Shown one piece after another: positions 11,511 to 25,300 of a DNA stretch of 48,925 bases; positions within the stretch are counted from its first letter, which is position 1; each line of letters opens with the position of its first letter. Made by a program: the position numbers and the translations under genes. The DNA lies in the NCBI RefSeq assembly GCF_018977255.1, contig NW_024705393.1, positions 1-48,925 of the forward strand, in the 5' to 3' direction. The DNA comes from Callorhinchus milii. Its lineage: Eukaryota. Under the pieces are notes generated by a model, which worked only from the letters and a program-made list of their open reading frames with translations, was not told the DNA's origin and ran no database searches.

Positions 11511-11555
11511 CATACGACGTTTCGATTGCAACACAAGCAATCATCATCAGGTATA
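11511..11555 (-). ncRNA. Minimal type I hammerhead ribozyme motif
   Basis: Reverse complement reads AUAC-CUGAUGA-U-GAUUGC-UUGUGUU-GCAAUC-GAAAC-GUC-GUAU. Confidence 0.85.
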
Positions 11556-12789
11556 ATGAAATAGCGACATAGAATATAACCAGAAAACTATAGACAGACA
11601 TATAAGCAGACATATCACAAAGATACATAGAGAGAGCAACCCAGGTACAGAGAGAGGTGATCGTCTCTGTGGGGTGGCCTTAAATAGACAGAGGGGGGCG
11701 GAGGCAGAGAGAGGGAGGGGTAGGGAAAACATTTACATGTCAATGAGTACGAAGGGAGGGGAGTAAGGTAAGCAGGCTTAGAGGGAGACAGAACACACTA
11801 AATTAAATAACCTAGCAAAGTATCGAAATGTTATGTAAAACGACACAGAGAGTCGGTCAACACACAATTAACGCATTGCCTGGTCGATTACGTATTTCAA
11901 AGATTGCTAAGTTAGAATTTAAGTGTGAAAATTCCAAAGAAAGACAAAACATAAAAAAGAGGAACGGAGACACACAGACAGAGCAGAACCTAAGAACGAT
12001 ACAAAACGAGTGTAGACAGAGAAAATTACACTAAATATACAGGCAGAGAGAGAGAACAAGAAACCCAGAGAGAGAGAAAAAGGTAAACTTGGAACTTCCC
12101 CGTAGAAGTGGTTCAATCTTAATTTTGGAGCTTTCGTGACTGCAGGAATTATTCTTTGTTTTTTCGGTAAAGTCACGTATAAAAATAAAATAATAAATTA
12201 AATAAAATAATAAATTAAATTAAGATTGAACCACTTCTACGGGGAAGTTCCAAGTTTACCTTTTTCTCTCTCTCTGGGTTTCTTGTTCTCTCTCTCTGCC
12301 TGTATATTTAGTGTAATTTTCTCTGTCTACACTCGTTTTGTATCGTTCTTAGGTTCTGCTCTGTCTGTGTGTCTCCGTTCCTCTTTTTTATGTTTTGTCT
12401 TTCTTTGGAATTTTCACACTTAAATTCTAACTTAGCAATCTTTGAAATACGTAATCGACCAGGCAATGCGTTAATTGTGTGTTGACCGACTCTCTGTGTC
12501 GTTTTACATAACATTTCGATACTTTGCTAGGTTATTTAATTTAGTGTGTTCTGTCTCCCTCTAAGCCTGCTTACCTTACTCCCCTCCCTTCGTACTCATT
12601 GACATGTAAATGTTTTCCCTACCCCCTCCCTCTCTCTGCCTCCGCCCCCCTCTGTCTATTTAAGGCCACCCCACAGAGACGATCACCTCTCTCTGTACCT
12701 GGGTTGCTCTCTCTATGTATCTTGGTGATATCTGTCTGCTTATATGTCTGTCTATAGTTTTCTGGTTATATTCTATGTCGCTATTTCAT

Positions 12790-12834
12790 TATACCTGATG
12801 ATGATTGCTTGTGTTGCAATCGAAACGTCGTATG
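12790..12834 (+). ncRNA. Minimal type I hammerhead ribozyme motif
   Basis: CUGAUGA 12795-12801, stem II GAUUGC/GCAAUC, GAAAC 12822-12826, cleavage triplet GUC 12827-12829, stem I AUAC/GUAU. Confidence 0.85.
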
Positions 12835-13095
12835 CTATTATTTAATTTATTATTTTATTTTTATACGTGACTTTACCGAAAAAACCAAAGAATAATTCCT
12901 GCAGTCACGAAAGCTCCAAAATTAAGATTCTCTCGCTTAGTTTAGCGACCTGTGGAAGAACGCGATCAGCCAGGCGATGCGTTAGTTGTGTGTTGACCGA
13001 CTCTCTGTGTTGCGTTGCATTTCTAAATTTGACTAAGTTTGATTAAGTGTCTCTCTCTGTGTGCAGTCACCAAACCTCCAAATCTCTCATTGACA

Positions 13096-13307
13096 CAAGG
13101 CCGTAGTTATAATATGGTATAATAAGTATAATATTATGTTATAATTCTAATGTTATAATAATTAAAATACTCAAATATGCCCCTCCAATATATTGCTGTA
13201 AAAATCTTTAAAAATAATAATTGCGATGCTCTGTTAATAAAAATAACAATTTGCTAAACCTTGGCCGCAAAATCTGGACTTGTCTTCATATAACAATGCA
13301 TAGATTT
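13096..13307. mobile_element. Left part of non-autonomous hAT element, cut off by the assembly gap
   Basis: CATTGACA followed by CAAGGCCGTAG; collinear with the complete copy at 39971-40553. Confidence 0.75.
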
Positions 13308-13337
13308 NNNNNNNNNNNNNNNNNNNNNNNNNNNNNN
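13308..13337. other. Assembly gap (30 N)
   Basis: Run of n. Confidence 1.
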
Positions 13338-16300
13338 GTAAGTTTCACCTCAGTTAATCCATGCTCTGTTTCTGTGGGATGGTACTATTAGAAGTTGGGT
13401 GTGACCGAGTACGTATTAATGCGCCGCACTGCAGGTATGGTGTCTTACTCGCCTCAGGAGCACGTCGCCTCGGCTTGAAACGGTCCGGGTCCTCTCCCAG
13501 ACAGGGCACGGGGTTGGACGAGCCTGACATTGCTGCCACAACCAAGGCAGCGGTAGATATACATCTAGATAAAACTTGTATGGATATCTATAAGGTTTTT
13601 GCTATATTATACATTGGCCGGGCCCCAATCGAGTAAGACCTACTTGTTAAAACGTATGTGACGGGTCATCCCTGGTTCATTACATGTGGCAAGCGTAGTA
13701 CGGAGTTACGCCTAGACCGTTGAGGTCGAACCGATAGTACTTGGGTCTACGACGAACTCTGCTTTCGCCGGCCTAGGTTACGTTTCATACTGTAAGATTA
13801 AACCGCGGGATAACAGTGTGCGGATACAGTTTGGCCTTGAGGCAATCCTTTTACCCGGAACAGGACGTATAACGCACCTGAAGGTAGATCAGCGGCGATT
13901 CAGGACCAGTAGCCAACGCTATTTTCCCACCACTTTGATGGCTACGGAGTTCGCTATTCCTAGGTGATTGTACCCCTACTTCCAACCCCTTTCAAACATA
14001 GGAAATGCACGCGGAGTACATTGTCGCGCCTTCCAGGCGTAAACCAGTTCTGCTGTTGACGCGGAGTCGTGGGAGTATAAATTTTCGAACGTACCCAAGA
14101 CCCAGTCAAAACTGCCTGTTGCGGTATGGGTGATATGTCTACAGCTTCCAGTGTTGATCTTGCGGTTAATAGTTATAACTTCTCTCGAGATTTCCGATAA
14201 ACACAGTGTGACGACTCAAAATCCTGGCCGGTTAGATGGCTGGGAGGCGTACTCTCATTAGCAATAGTGTGGATTCGACTTTCTGTGACTGGTTAACGGG
14301 AACATCCCACAGTGGACTATTTGTGGGAGGCTATCCTCAACACCTAAAGTTGCTTTCTCTTGTCGATGAATGTTCCCTTCTCTGCCCGTGTAGCCCCCTC
14401 CCACGCCGTGCGTTAGCACCCCTCGCATCCGATGGTGACTTGCCTCAGAAATCGTAACCGACCTGTATCCGACTTCAGGATGTCGCCAAACTAGTTTAAG
14501 GCCATGGGATAGCAAATTGAGTTCAGGGGAAAGACCAAGTGATACCCTACCTTGTGATTCAATACGAGAGCGTCCCGTATATCCTAAGGTTTGTCTAGTC
14601 CAAATACAAGTTAGCAGCTGAGTGACGGCCCTACGAGCCAAGACTAACTGTTCAATAAGGCGCCGAGGAGATTTGGCGACGTAGTTCAAATTGATCGGGG
14701 ATCTGTGATCTGGTGTCGATTCTAGCGAGACTCGCAGCGCGCTTCTTTTTCTTGTAAGTACCTAACTTTCTAATGGGATTGACGAAGTTAGTTAAACAGT
14801 CTGCACCAGGCCGCTAGTGCACCAGAGACTGGACGACTATGCGCGGAGCACAAAGAATTATCTCGCCTGTTCAGACGCTTATGATATCGAAACAGCTGTG
14901 TCAACCACTGAGTGCAGCTAGAGGCGACATGGTGGGTTAGTACTACAGGCCCTGAGCACTAGATACCGTTTCTGATCTATCCACTAAGTAGCCCATAGAA
15001 ATAGGGAGAAGGGGAATAACCACTATTGAAGGAAGTCATCCTTTACGCTAGTAATAATGTGCTCCACGCAGTCCTCGAATCGGTTGCTCGACGGTGAACC
15101 AGGCCCAGAATCGAATCAAGGAACATATGGATAACATATCGCGTTATGCGTGTAATTATCGGATGCTCCATGCGGGTGTGCTTCCCTGGGGGCCAGGCCG
15201 CATCTTCTACATATACGGCTGATGCAGGAGACCCCCAAGGGGCTATGGTTATTCCATGACTCTTCATATCGCATCCAAGCTATGTCTCGCAGCCGTGTGC
15301 TCGGAGGCAAAGTTGAAACTAACCTTGTTTCCTCACGTGGGGCTGACTGTAACTCTTGTCAACCAGAGTATTCTGCGCCGCCTGGTCGTCAAGGTACGTC
15401 TACGGAAATTAGGTGCAGAAATGGGTGACAATCGATGCCGGCGGAACAAATTGGACAGCTTCTAATCCCCATAAGGCTTAGTTCGAGTCCTATCACTAGT
15501 CAGGTCAGGTAAGCGACCGGATTTGTCGCAGGAGAGATAACCCACCTGGAAGGTAGTAGCCACAATTATTGTCGATCATGGTCTTTGGTGCGCCCACTTG
15601 AGAGACTGAACAGAACCGTCTAGCATCCAGAGGGGGGGGCCCCGGTCCCTCACTCGATTAGAGGTGACTTCTTTCCTCGGTTCTACCCTTGTACACTGAA
15701 ATCCATGGCAGCCAGTCGGATCCGTGACTGAAGCAGTTGTTACACCAGTACATCTCGCGATCAGAATCTTCCCGAAGTCAGAGTTAATGCACGCATGGGC
15801 TTTCATACTATGAGTAGAGCGGCATAGCACGAACAGCCGATCGTAAGAGACCTTAGAGTGGTCTTTTAGCACAGAATGTAGCCAAGCTAGCTTGAAATTT
15901 TCTACGCTTTGGCTTCACTACAGTCATAAACCCTGATCGTGGATGATATCAGACTCTGCTAACTTTACACACGGGAGTAAGCCAACCTTTAAAACGACCC
16001 CCGCGGAAACTAGTAGGTGGAAGCTGGTACCGAGCTAACTGCACGTGGTGTTTTCGGCAAGTGTGTCGATTACGACAAATAGGCCAGGCATACTTACACA
16101 GACTGTGAGCTGTCTGGTTCTACAGGGGATCATTCACAGAGCCCAATATGCAGTAGGGTTCAACTTGGGCGTTAGGTGCTGAAGTTAAAGTTCTTGGCCG
16201 GTCTTTGTCTTTCGAAGTAATACTTTTGCTCCGTCATCGTGGCTACAGATGAATGGGGCGATCGGTCCACGAGAGTGTACGGTAACGATGAGGCCTCTCA

Positions 16301-19300
16301 AGTAGTATTATACGGATTTGAATCCAATCAAGATGGTTATGTACGAAGACAGAGTGAATGCGTATTTACGACATACGTCAATAAATTCGCTTTGTATGCT
16401 ACGTCATGGTAATCAGAATGAAATAAGGGACTCAGGAAATGTTAAGACGACGAAGACTTCGTTTTCCGGTGAACGTGAGCTCCTGCATCCGCCGTGAAAC
16501 GAATGTCCAAGATCCCAGATAAGTTCGACCTGCTTGATGCTCCACTTGTGCGGCCAAAGAGGTGTGCCTCAAACCTTCGATGGTATGAACCCTCCACACT
16601 AACGATTGAGGATCGTCGGTTGAGCACCGATGTCATTGTGTAACGTCGCACAATCACTCTACATACTCGCATGACTACGTCCGGTAGCATGAATTGCACC
16701 ATGACTTTAGTTAGCGACTACTTGCAGAGCACCGCGTTGTCTAGTTTCAATACGCATCGACTGATTGGTTGTTATAGCCAGATTTATCGGCGCTAGACTA
16801 GACAGGGCTCATGGGACTAATCCATAGTGGATAAAAAAACGGCTAATCATCTGGGTCGCCTACTTGCACTCATTAGGCCGTCGCGTGGAAGTGAATTAGA
16901 TCAGCACCTATTGAGCCCTGTTTGGAACCGTGCATCGCCAAATGTGATCCAAACGGTCTTCGCCTGGCATAATTTAACCGTGTGGACACATTTATGTAGA
17001 AGCTCCGAACGAGCTAGACCCATTCAACGTCATGTTGGTATCTCCAGCGCAAAACTCGTGATAAAGGGAGTGCGTACATGACAGTGGAGCTGAGGTAATT
17101 ACCACTAATCAAGTCTGACCGCCCCGTATGGTACACCACGACTAAAGTTTGGAGCCGGCTTTACTCCACGTGCACACATACAGAAAATGTCGCCTATTCG
17201 GGACTCTTCTAGTACGTCCATGGTCATGGGCGACTCGAATGAGGACATTTCCCGCCTAGCGAACGCAAACCAGGGAAGCGGCCATTAGAGTGCTATACGC
17301 GCCTAATAAGTGAAAGTAAAGACTTCTACACCCATGCCAGAATCCGTAGCGTCCACTGGATAACCTGATTTGTTCTTAGATACGACAATCAAAATTGCTT
17401 TGACCTGTCGCCGTCTGGTAAGGCATAGTGCGCTCCGGCAGCTACTCGGTCACATGGACCTGTTCGGGAGCTGTTTCGCTCGTGAGTTGTGGGGCGGTAC
17501 CGATGGCGCAATCACTTGGGCATTGTAGTAATGGGCGGGACGGTCCTGCGCTAAGTCTATACGTAGTTGGTGCGGGGAAGAGCTCTCGGAGTACTGCATT
17601 AGTAAGACAGCAGACTCGACACTAGCTTTTTCTGCGGGTGGAGTCTGCTTGTTGTGTACGTTTCATTAGATAACCAATCTACTAAATAGTCGAAGTCGGA
17701 GCCATGCGGACTCCGGGGCCCGACGAGATAGAAGCTCCGTAGAGACTCTCACCACATGAGGCATCTTTCTGATGCACCGGTCTGTGCTCTCAGGATCCGC
17801 TGGCTCAGGCTAACTCCATACGTTATGACGATGGATCCGGCGTTTAGAACCGTACTAGTCGACTTTTATCTTTTACCCGAACAATTGCTTGTAATTTGTG
17901 ACAGTCTTGCTTTCCGTACTGTGACTGTGACTATGACTCCATCATGGCTCTAATCTCCGGATATCCTCAGCTACCACCAAATGCATCAGCAACGATTGGT
18001 CTCGTGCACCAGGGACCAGGTTCCTACCCGTCTTAAGAGAGATCCTAGCTAACGCGTCCTCGTATGTGTTTATAATTCCGGCCTCAACAATGAGCCCGCC
18101 AGGGTGTAGCCCCATCTTGCTCTCGATAACCTGTTTATACCACAGGCTCTTACAATATACACAACTGCCAAGCACGGCTATCTGCCCGCTATTTAAAAGT
18201 CACCATGAGCCAATACCAGGGACTTCTGATCCAACCTGGGTCACGAGCTTCATCAGTTTTCGGGTAAGGGAGCGAATTAAAGTTAGCGGGTTTTAGGGTC
18301 GATAGAGGCCCGGTCACTCAACATTTGCTTTGACCTTCCAACTAAAACGTCATATGGTTATAAACTCTGCAACTCCATTTGATTCATGAGTAAACTGTTC
18401 CACAAACGGTGGGTAAGCTGATACGCAGATAAGCTACCAGTGAAAAGAAAGATCTTTTTTCAATATTAAGAGTTTTGTGGGCTTTGCCAACTCCCGGAAT
18501 AAGTGAGCGTCTTCCCGCGGACATACGGGAACTAGGATACATCCGGATCCGATTGGCAGCGTCGCAGATCGCACTTGCAGGTCTGGTTCCGATCGCTAGG
18601 CAAATGCAAGGGACATCTTTCTGGACTCTCGGAAAAGCGCATCATGTTAGCTGACGGGCTAAGAGTCGAAGCCTAAGGCTCGCCGCTGGTGCTCCGTTGA
18701 ACTCTTACCCTAGCTACAGAATCAGCTTGGAACTACGACCTCGCATGGCAGTTGGGAAGGCTCATCTAGGGCCCATTACGCTTTGTCGCAAAAACAATTG
18801 TCCGTTTCTAGCTGGGGGAAAACTTTTCCTGCAGGCGTGGCTTGGCCGTAATTATGGTCTCCCGGCGGCATAGCTTCAGGTTTAACGCCAGTTTGGGGAT
18901 CCCCCCAAATGGTCACTCCGTGTACCGAAAGCGGGCAATAATAACATTGGCTGTTTAGGTAGCAACGCATTACGACGAAACCGAGTCCGGCTTAGCAATA
19001 GCTCTCGATTACGTCGACACCTTATTGATGCCGCATAGATCAAATGGTATAGGCCGCGCTCATTTTGCAAAGTAGATTCGAATGCGGAAACGTATGTAAA
19101 ACAGTTTCGGCGATTCTACCCACAGGATGTTATTTACAGCGCCCGGTAACTCTTGGTAGCTCTGTATCGGGACTTGAGATATGGGCAAAGCACCAATACG
19201 GATCATGGGGACGTGTGCAGAACGCGCAGGCTAAAGTATAGGTAGCGAGCCTACGTAGAAAACCAATCTGTTTAACAACGACTCTGGGCTTTACATTCTC

Positions 19301-22300
19301 AGTAGAGGCACCTCCATCGGGCACCCCTAGGTGAGGCCGTTGGGAACGCTTGACTGGTGCAAGATCGCACCACAATGTAATGCAGCAACAGAAGCCGGAC
19401 ACATTGTTTGAATTTCAAACACAGGCTATTGCATGGATTCCCGTACAGATTCCCGTCGACAGCAAGTTAGCGTCTAAAAGAGCAGTACCGGCGATATGTA
19501 AGTCGAAGGAACGGTAGTCGTGTTCCCTTTAATTTAATCTCGTAAGGGGACAGTGGTGTGGTGCTGCGTTATTAATCCTTATCGAGGGACTGGATAGTGC
19601 TCAAACTAAGACTGCGCCATTTGAGATAAGGCGTAGATCTCTAGGCGGTAGCTGCAGATCACTAAGGTTATTTCCGCTGTAATGTGATTCGTCAATGATA
19701 GCTCTAAGTCACCTCGTGGGCCCCATTCCGGAACCCTTAGGGTTAAGAAATAGTCCGCAAGATACCGAAGACGCCTCCGGCCCAGTTTAGCGTTGGCAAG
19801 AGGGAACAGACCCCAGCCGCACAGCAAATTATTTATAGGACGAAGAAGTGATTAGTAACAAGATCATCTTCCGCTCGTACCCTGGATGACAATACGCTAC
19901 CTACTTTTGGCGGGGAGGCAAGGTGCCAGCGCGTGTGGTAATGGGAAAAGCCTGGGCGCTCTCAGCTTATGCCGTGGGTATTACGAGCACAGACGAACGG
20001 GAGCGCGCTAGTGTGGTAATACTTCTTCTACCATATGTGTTCCGTAGATGTACTTGAAGAGCTCTAGTTCTCACCCATCTGGGGCCGGGTATATAGCAAT
20101 CCGAACACGGGCGTGTAGATTAGATCGGAAGATGGGGGAGAGGATGTTCTACGCCCGTAGAGATTTGCTTCGAGGCCATTGAGTTTTCGGGCATTATAGA
20201 ATATCACTATGACGGCGACGACGGCCGACTGCTGTTACCCCGGCAGGGTCAGCATGGGTACGCCGATGAGCTAGGTTGAATCTTGGATGGACGAGCTTTC
20301 GCTCGTTCCGCTCTTGATTGACAAGCTGGCGAAAACGTCGATGCGAATTTATATTAAAACGTTGGGACTTTACTGAGGTCGTCTAGTTCTAACCGTAGTT
20401 GGTGAGGCGACAGCTGCATGGATACCGCGACTCGGACACGCTGTTTTACATCGATGGGTAACTTCTACCGGCTATATGATGAAAAAGTAACCTTGGAAGA
20501 CGTTGGGGACAAAATATGCTAGACCGCGTGGATATAAGGCGATGTGTGAGCATATAATTCTGAACGCTGCGTAATGCCCCACGTTCCTAGACTTCCCGTA
20601 TGCCAAACCTCGCAGTATCCGAGCCCTCGCGACCAGAAATGACGGGGCTTCTGAGATAATGAGCGTATCGAGAAAAGGTCTGTCGTATCTCCATGTCAGA
20701 CCAGGTTCTCTCATTCCCGCTGGAACAACTTCCCGCGCGACAGGTCTCCTGGAGACTTGGGGCACGCCTAAATTTACCGTCTGTGGTTAGAACCAAAAAG
20801 CTGGCGTCTAAATAGAATTAGTGTATTGAAAGGTAAACCCAGGCAGTGGTGTATACTAGTTCGCACGCCATCGCTTCGTGCTCTACACGATGAAGAACCA
20901 CCGCTCGTGGTACGTCTGAGTAGCTTGATCCCTACTCACGTCCGAAGTGAAAGAAGTGGGGGGGCCCCTTACTCGTACCCGTCTGAACGCTGACTCCCGC
21001 CCCCATGCGCAAGATGGCCTACATGCCAATTGTTGTTACTCAGGTAAGTTAGGAGTACTAAAAGACGACCCGTGTGACAGAATATGAGAAACAGTCCCCC
21101 CTTTAAAGGGATCTCATGAGCTTCAGCCGGAATGCACACAATACAGTACGTAGGCATTTCCCATTCGTGGGGTGCAGTGGTGTGTGCATGAAGCTTACTA
21201 TTGCAGTTCGTGTGCGCAGTGGCCGAGACCATACACCCGCTCGGTCGACCCGCGATAGAACACACCTTACACAGGTCTTGCGAAATACTCCTAAGAAGAC
21301 AAAACTAAAAACCATGAACATCTATGCTTCGCGACTCCGGACGTCGTACACATGGAAGGACTGCGAAGTGGGTCGAACAAGGTGGAGGCGACGGAGATGA
21401 CTCAGGCTCTGTTAATAAGGCGTGGATTCACACTCAGAGTTGGCGGATGTCTGGGGAAGCTGCAAAGAAATAAGCCCTGCCCGAATATTCGGCCCAGCGT
21501 GAAGTTATCTATGGCTAATGGATGGGAATTAGACGGGGATAAAGTTGCGCGATTGCTGATTAGTACGTGACCGTACTTACAACAGAGCGACTTTATTTAT
21601 GCTGACCAATTACGTTAGAATGATTTTTTTATCTTATGCTTTTGTCAGATCCCGAGTTAGTTGAAACAAGTGCGCGGCCGCATTGATGTAGAGGTCAGGA
21701 GAGGTCGGAAGCGTCCGCGACTACGCAAACGGATTATCACTCTGCTAACTTTGTATAATCAGGTCATGGGTGCCCCAAAGCCACGATAAGTAAGGTGTCT
21801 TGAATACGTTGTAACGTATGGACCATTCTAGAGGAAGTCGTAGGTGTCCAGGACCCATAGGGGCCCGCTTGATAACACTATACTGGAGGAAGGCCATAAA
21901 GGGGTTCGGGCCTGCTGTATACAAAAAGTGTTACCAGTTGTTTCGCCACTTCAGTCGTGACTAGAAGACGTCACGCCTCCCCTGTTCTCGTTCCCTTCTA
22001 GTGACAGTACCCGGGTGTACTTTTAATAATAATACTGGGTGATATCTTATTATGCCGGTCTCAACAGCTCACGGATGCTTCCGAAAGGACAACGAGTTGC
22101 TCGACCGACACAGATGTTGTGGTTATCGTATCCGTAATATAGCGGGCGAATAATAAGGGACAATATTACTGACGACTTATTATATACCGCTTGGCGCAAG
22201 GCTCCGAGTATCTTGAAGCTACTGCCCGTTTTAGAGCAATAAGTGACAAAGCCTCCAGTGACCTGTAGGGCGAAAGTTATTACTATAGCCCCCGAACTCA

Positions 22301-25300
22301 ATGCCGCGTCATGTTGCCACGACCGCAAACAGATGTGGAGCGTAACGGGAAATATCTAATAGTTGTGTCTTAAGGGCAAAAGATTATGTACGAACGCAGT
22401 TCGCCCGAAGGCCAATGTCAGTAAGTACTGCTTCTCGAAATAGAGATGTGTGTAACTGTTCAAACGACGCGTCGGCCCGGGTCCAAAAGGGCCATGAGGT
22501 GCAATTGCTCAAGCAACAACGTTCGGGCCAGATAATGCATTGCGGTACCCCGTGAGGAGGATCTTTGGCTTATGACTTCTCAGTTGAAGAGTAGGTTTAT
22601 AACCAAGTTAAGTTCTAACCCCCTTGTCGTAACCGCTAAAAAGCATCGCTCCAGCCTTTCTTGACTTAGTATCTGATCATTGTAGGTTACAACAGCTTGA
22701 TGAGGGATATAGGGTTCAGCCACGAGATCGCCCTTGAATGCTATGCCCCAATCTGTTTCACTGCACGAAGCCAAGGAGAAGAGATTCGTCCAATCCTCGA
22801 GCCGGACTAGTGTTCATCATGCCGGAGAGCGCACCGCGCGTGGTACTACTCTTCCGAGCTGTGTTCTGATTTACCCTACAGTCCCCTTTCCTGGCCATTT
22901 CTAAGGCGCAAAATTGGAACTCACCGGATATCAAGCGCGAACTTGTGCTAATGTTTGCCCGTTACCATTTGTGTTGATGTTGACAGGCACCATATTTCGC
23001 ACAGACCAGGGCTTATTGCTGATGGCAAATGAACGCTATGTTGCACCTTATTGCCGTGAGGAGTCCAGATGTACATAGGTTTAGCCTTGATTCGGACGAA
23101 ATAGGCGGGATTTTCGGGTGACACGCTGCTACCTTACCGGGAAAAGCGAAACCGAATATCTGAGCTCCTCACATTACGGACACTATAGGCCGAAATCACG
23201 ATCACAACCTCGACATGCTATATAGGCTTCTAGTTCTTGCGTCTCGCCGTCCAGCGTAGGGACGATGTTTTGAGCTCGAAGAAGCGTGGTACTCTTTCTA
23301 ACCGTTGTTCCGGCGTTTGCCTCTGATCGAGGACGCGAGCCGTACAAGTTCACTCTACGAGCGCAGCGATAATTTGGGTATTTCCGGGTCTGACACCCCA
23401 GGGGGAGGTTGCCTGGGTCCGTGAGCGATGTCCCGTAAAGAACGTGCCAATAAGAACACTCAGGGATCACGACTATCGGTTCCATGTCAGAAACTCATGT
23501 ATAGGGGCTGGCGACAGATAGTGAGCCGGATGATATTCCGAGGTAATGCTGAAATGGTCACACACGCATGTGATATCACCAGCGTAGCCAATCTCGTTTC
23601 GAACCGGGCTCAGCCTGACTCGTGCTTGTCACGCAAAGTAACGGTATTTTCCTGGTATTGGCTCGATATCCCAGGCGTCTCGCTGACAATAGCAGTACCG
23701 GCGCAGTTTTGTGCCCGCACAGATATTTGCGAGCGACTTGGAGAGCTGAAAGGTGAGATTTCACTTTGGAGGACATAGCGTCGTAAATACAGGCCAACCG
23801 TCTACCGGCCCTCGGCTAGATCTGTGTGAAAGACGAAAACTACCATTCATTTTAACGCATTAGTTTCACCCGTCAAGAGTGACGACCCACGCAGCGGCAC
23901 AAGTATTCAAGAGACCCTCTTCGCCGGCAAGCATTAGTTTTTGCTCTAATCATCCATTAAAGTCATAGCCAGCAGCTCTGCTATTTGGAATTCGTATGAA
24001 GAATCCGACATGGTCCCTACAAGCTATGCCCACGAACCCGCTGCCCGTCCTCGCGCCACTTAGTACATATCCTAGTTTGATAATTCGACGGGGAGGTTGG
24101 AAGCCCGTACTTAGACTATGCAGACCCCAATGGAAGAGGGAGTGCTTCGTGGCCTACGCGCAGTCCCATTATGAGGACGTTATCTCTCCCATTGCTTGGA
24201 AGAAAAATAACTTATTTATCCCCAACCCGTGCCGATCGCATGCGGAATGCTCGGTATATCAGGCCCACATCAAGCCTCGTTTCCCGGTTAGCATACCATG
24301 TATCGCTGGCTTGTCCCGATCTTACAAACTGTTTCACGTGTGAAGAAGCGTGTACCTTCTGTTCGACTTGCCGATCTGTGGGAGCCCAAAACAGATGTCT
24401 CTCCCTCGGAATTTTCACGACAAAGAGTCCACAACCGTGATAGGCCGGCGGGTGGGCGGTTAGGCGTTTGGTCGAGGAATCAACCGGGTCCGGTTACGAG
24501 TGGCAAAAGTGAATTTATGCGGCAATCTTGACAACTTTTGCTTTATGACCAACTTGGCTGTTAACAATGCTCGCCGAGCCCGATGTGCGTACCGGCTTCG
24601 TCCAGGAGTGACAGCCTGCGAATCACGATTGTTTGTGGTCAAAACTGACCGGGGCTGCAGCTGGCGAGGCTTGATCCTGGAGTGCCAATCGTTGGTTTTA
24701 TGGATATGTTTAAGTATCTCAGTCGAGCGAAGGCAGACTGATGTTACGTCCGGCCATGGGGGGTACAAACGTACCCCAGACCAGAACCAGCATCTAAACA
24801 CGGCGCTAGTTTTGAACGTATAGCCATGCTTTTCGTTCTTATATTGTCTTAACGCTCATTCTCACAGCGGAGAAATACCGGCGGACAGTGGTTATTTAGT
24901 GCATTGAGTCTCGCTTGCGGGGGACTTATCGGGTTCTAAGGAACAGCGTGCGGACCGGCGCCGCGGTGCACATCCCTCGATTATTTCCTGACTTTCTCTT
25001 TGCTACGGATGCAAGCTTTGGAGGGCGTACGGGTTTATTTCAAAGCCAGATAAAGCTAACAATCTGATAGCAAATAAAAGTAACCGACCATGCATAAGTG
25101 AAATATGTTGATTCCGGAAAGCATCGCAACTAAAGAGGCCTTGAGCTACTCGGAGGAGCTTCGGAGGTACATGCCACCAGTGTCTCTCTTAACTCATACC
25201 CCGACGTTCTGTACCCGCTAATTTCCTTCGGCTATTTGAGAAGCGGTTGAAATCTCAATTGAACATGATCGTGACGTACCAATAATTCTACACGCTTGCT

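Larger units (their letters stand above)
11453..12926. mobile_element. Palindromic Penelope-like pseudo-LTR (retrozyme-like) insertion, ~700-bp unit in inverted and partial tandem copies
   Basis: 11451-12124 is the reverse complement of 12218-12894; the spacer holds a partial tandem 3' end; 13-bp direct repeat ATTCTCTCGCTTA at 11440 and 12927; each arm has a hammerhead motif; no RT ORF. Confidence 0.8.

Noticed and set aside
11828..12514. Identical 68-aa ORFs on opposite strands
   Set aside because: By-product of the palindrome; no recognisable protein.
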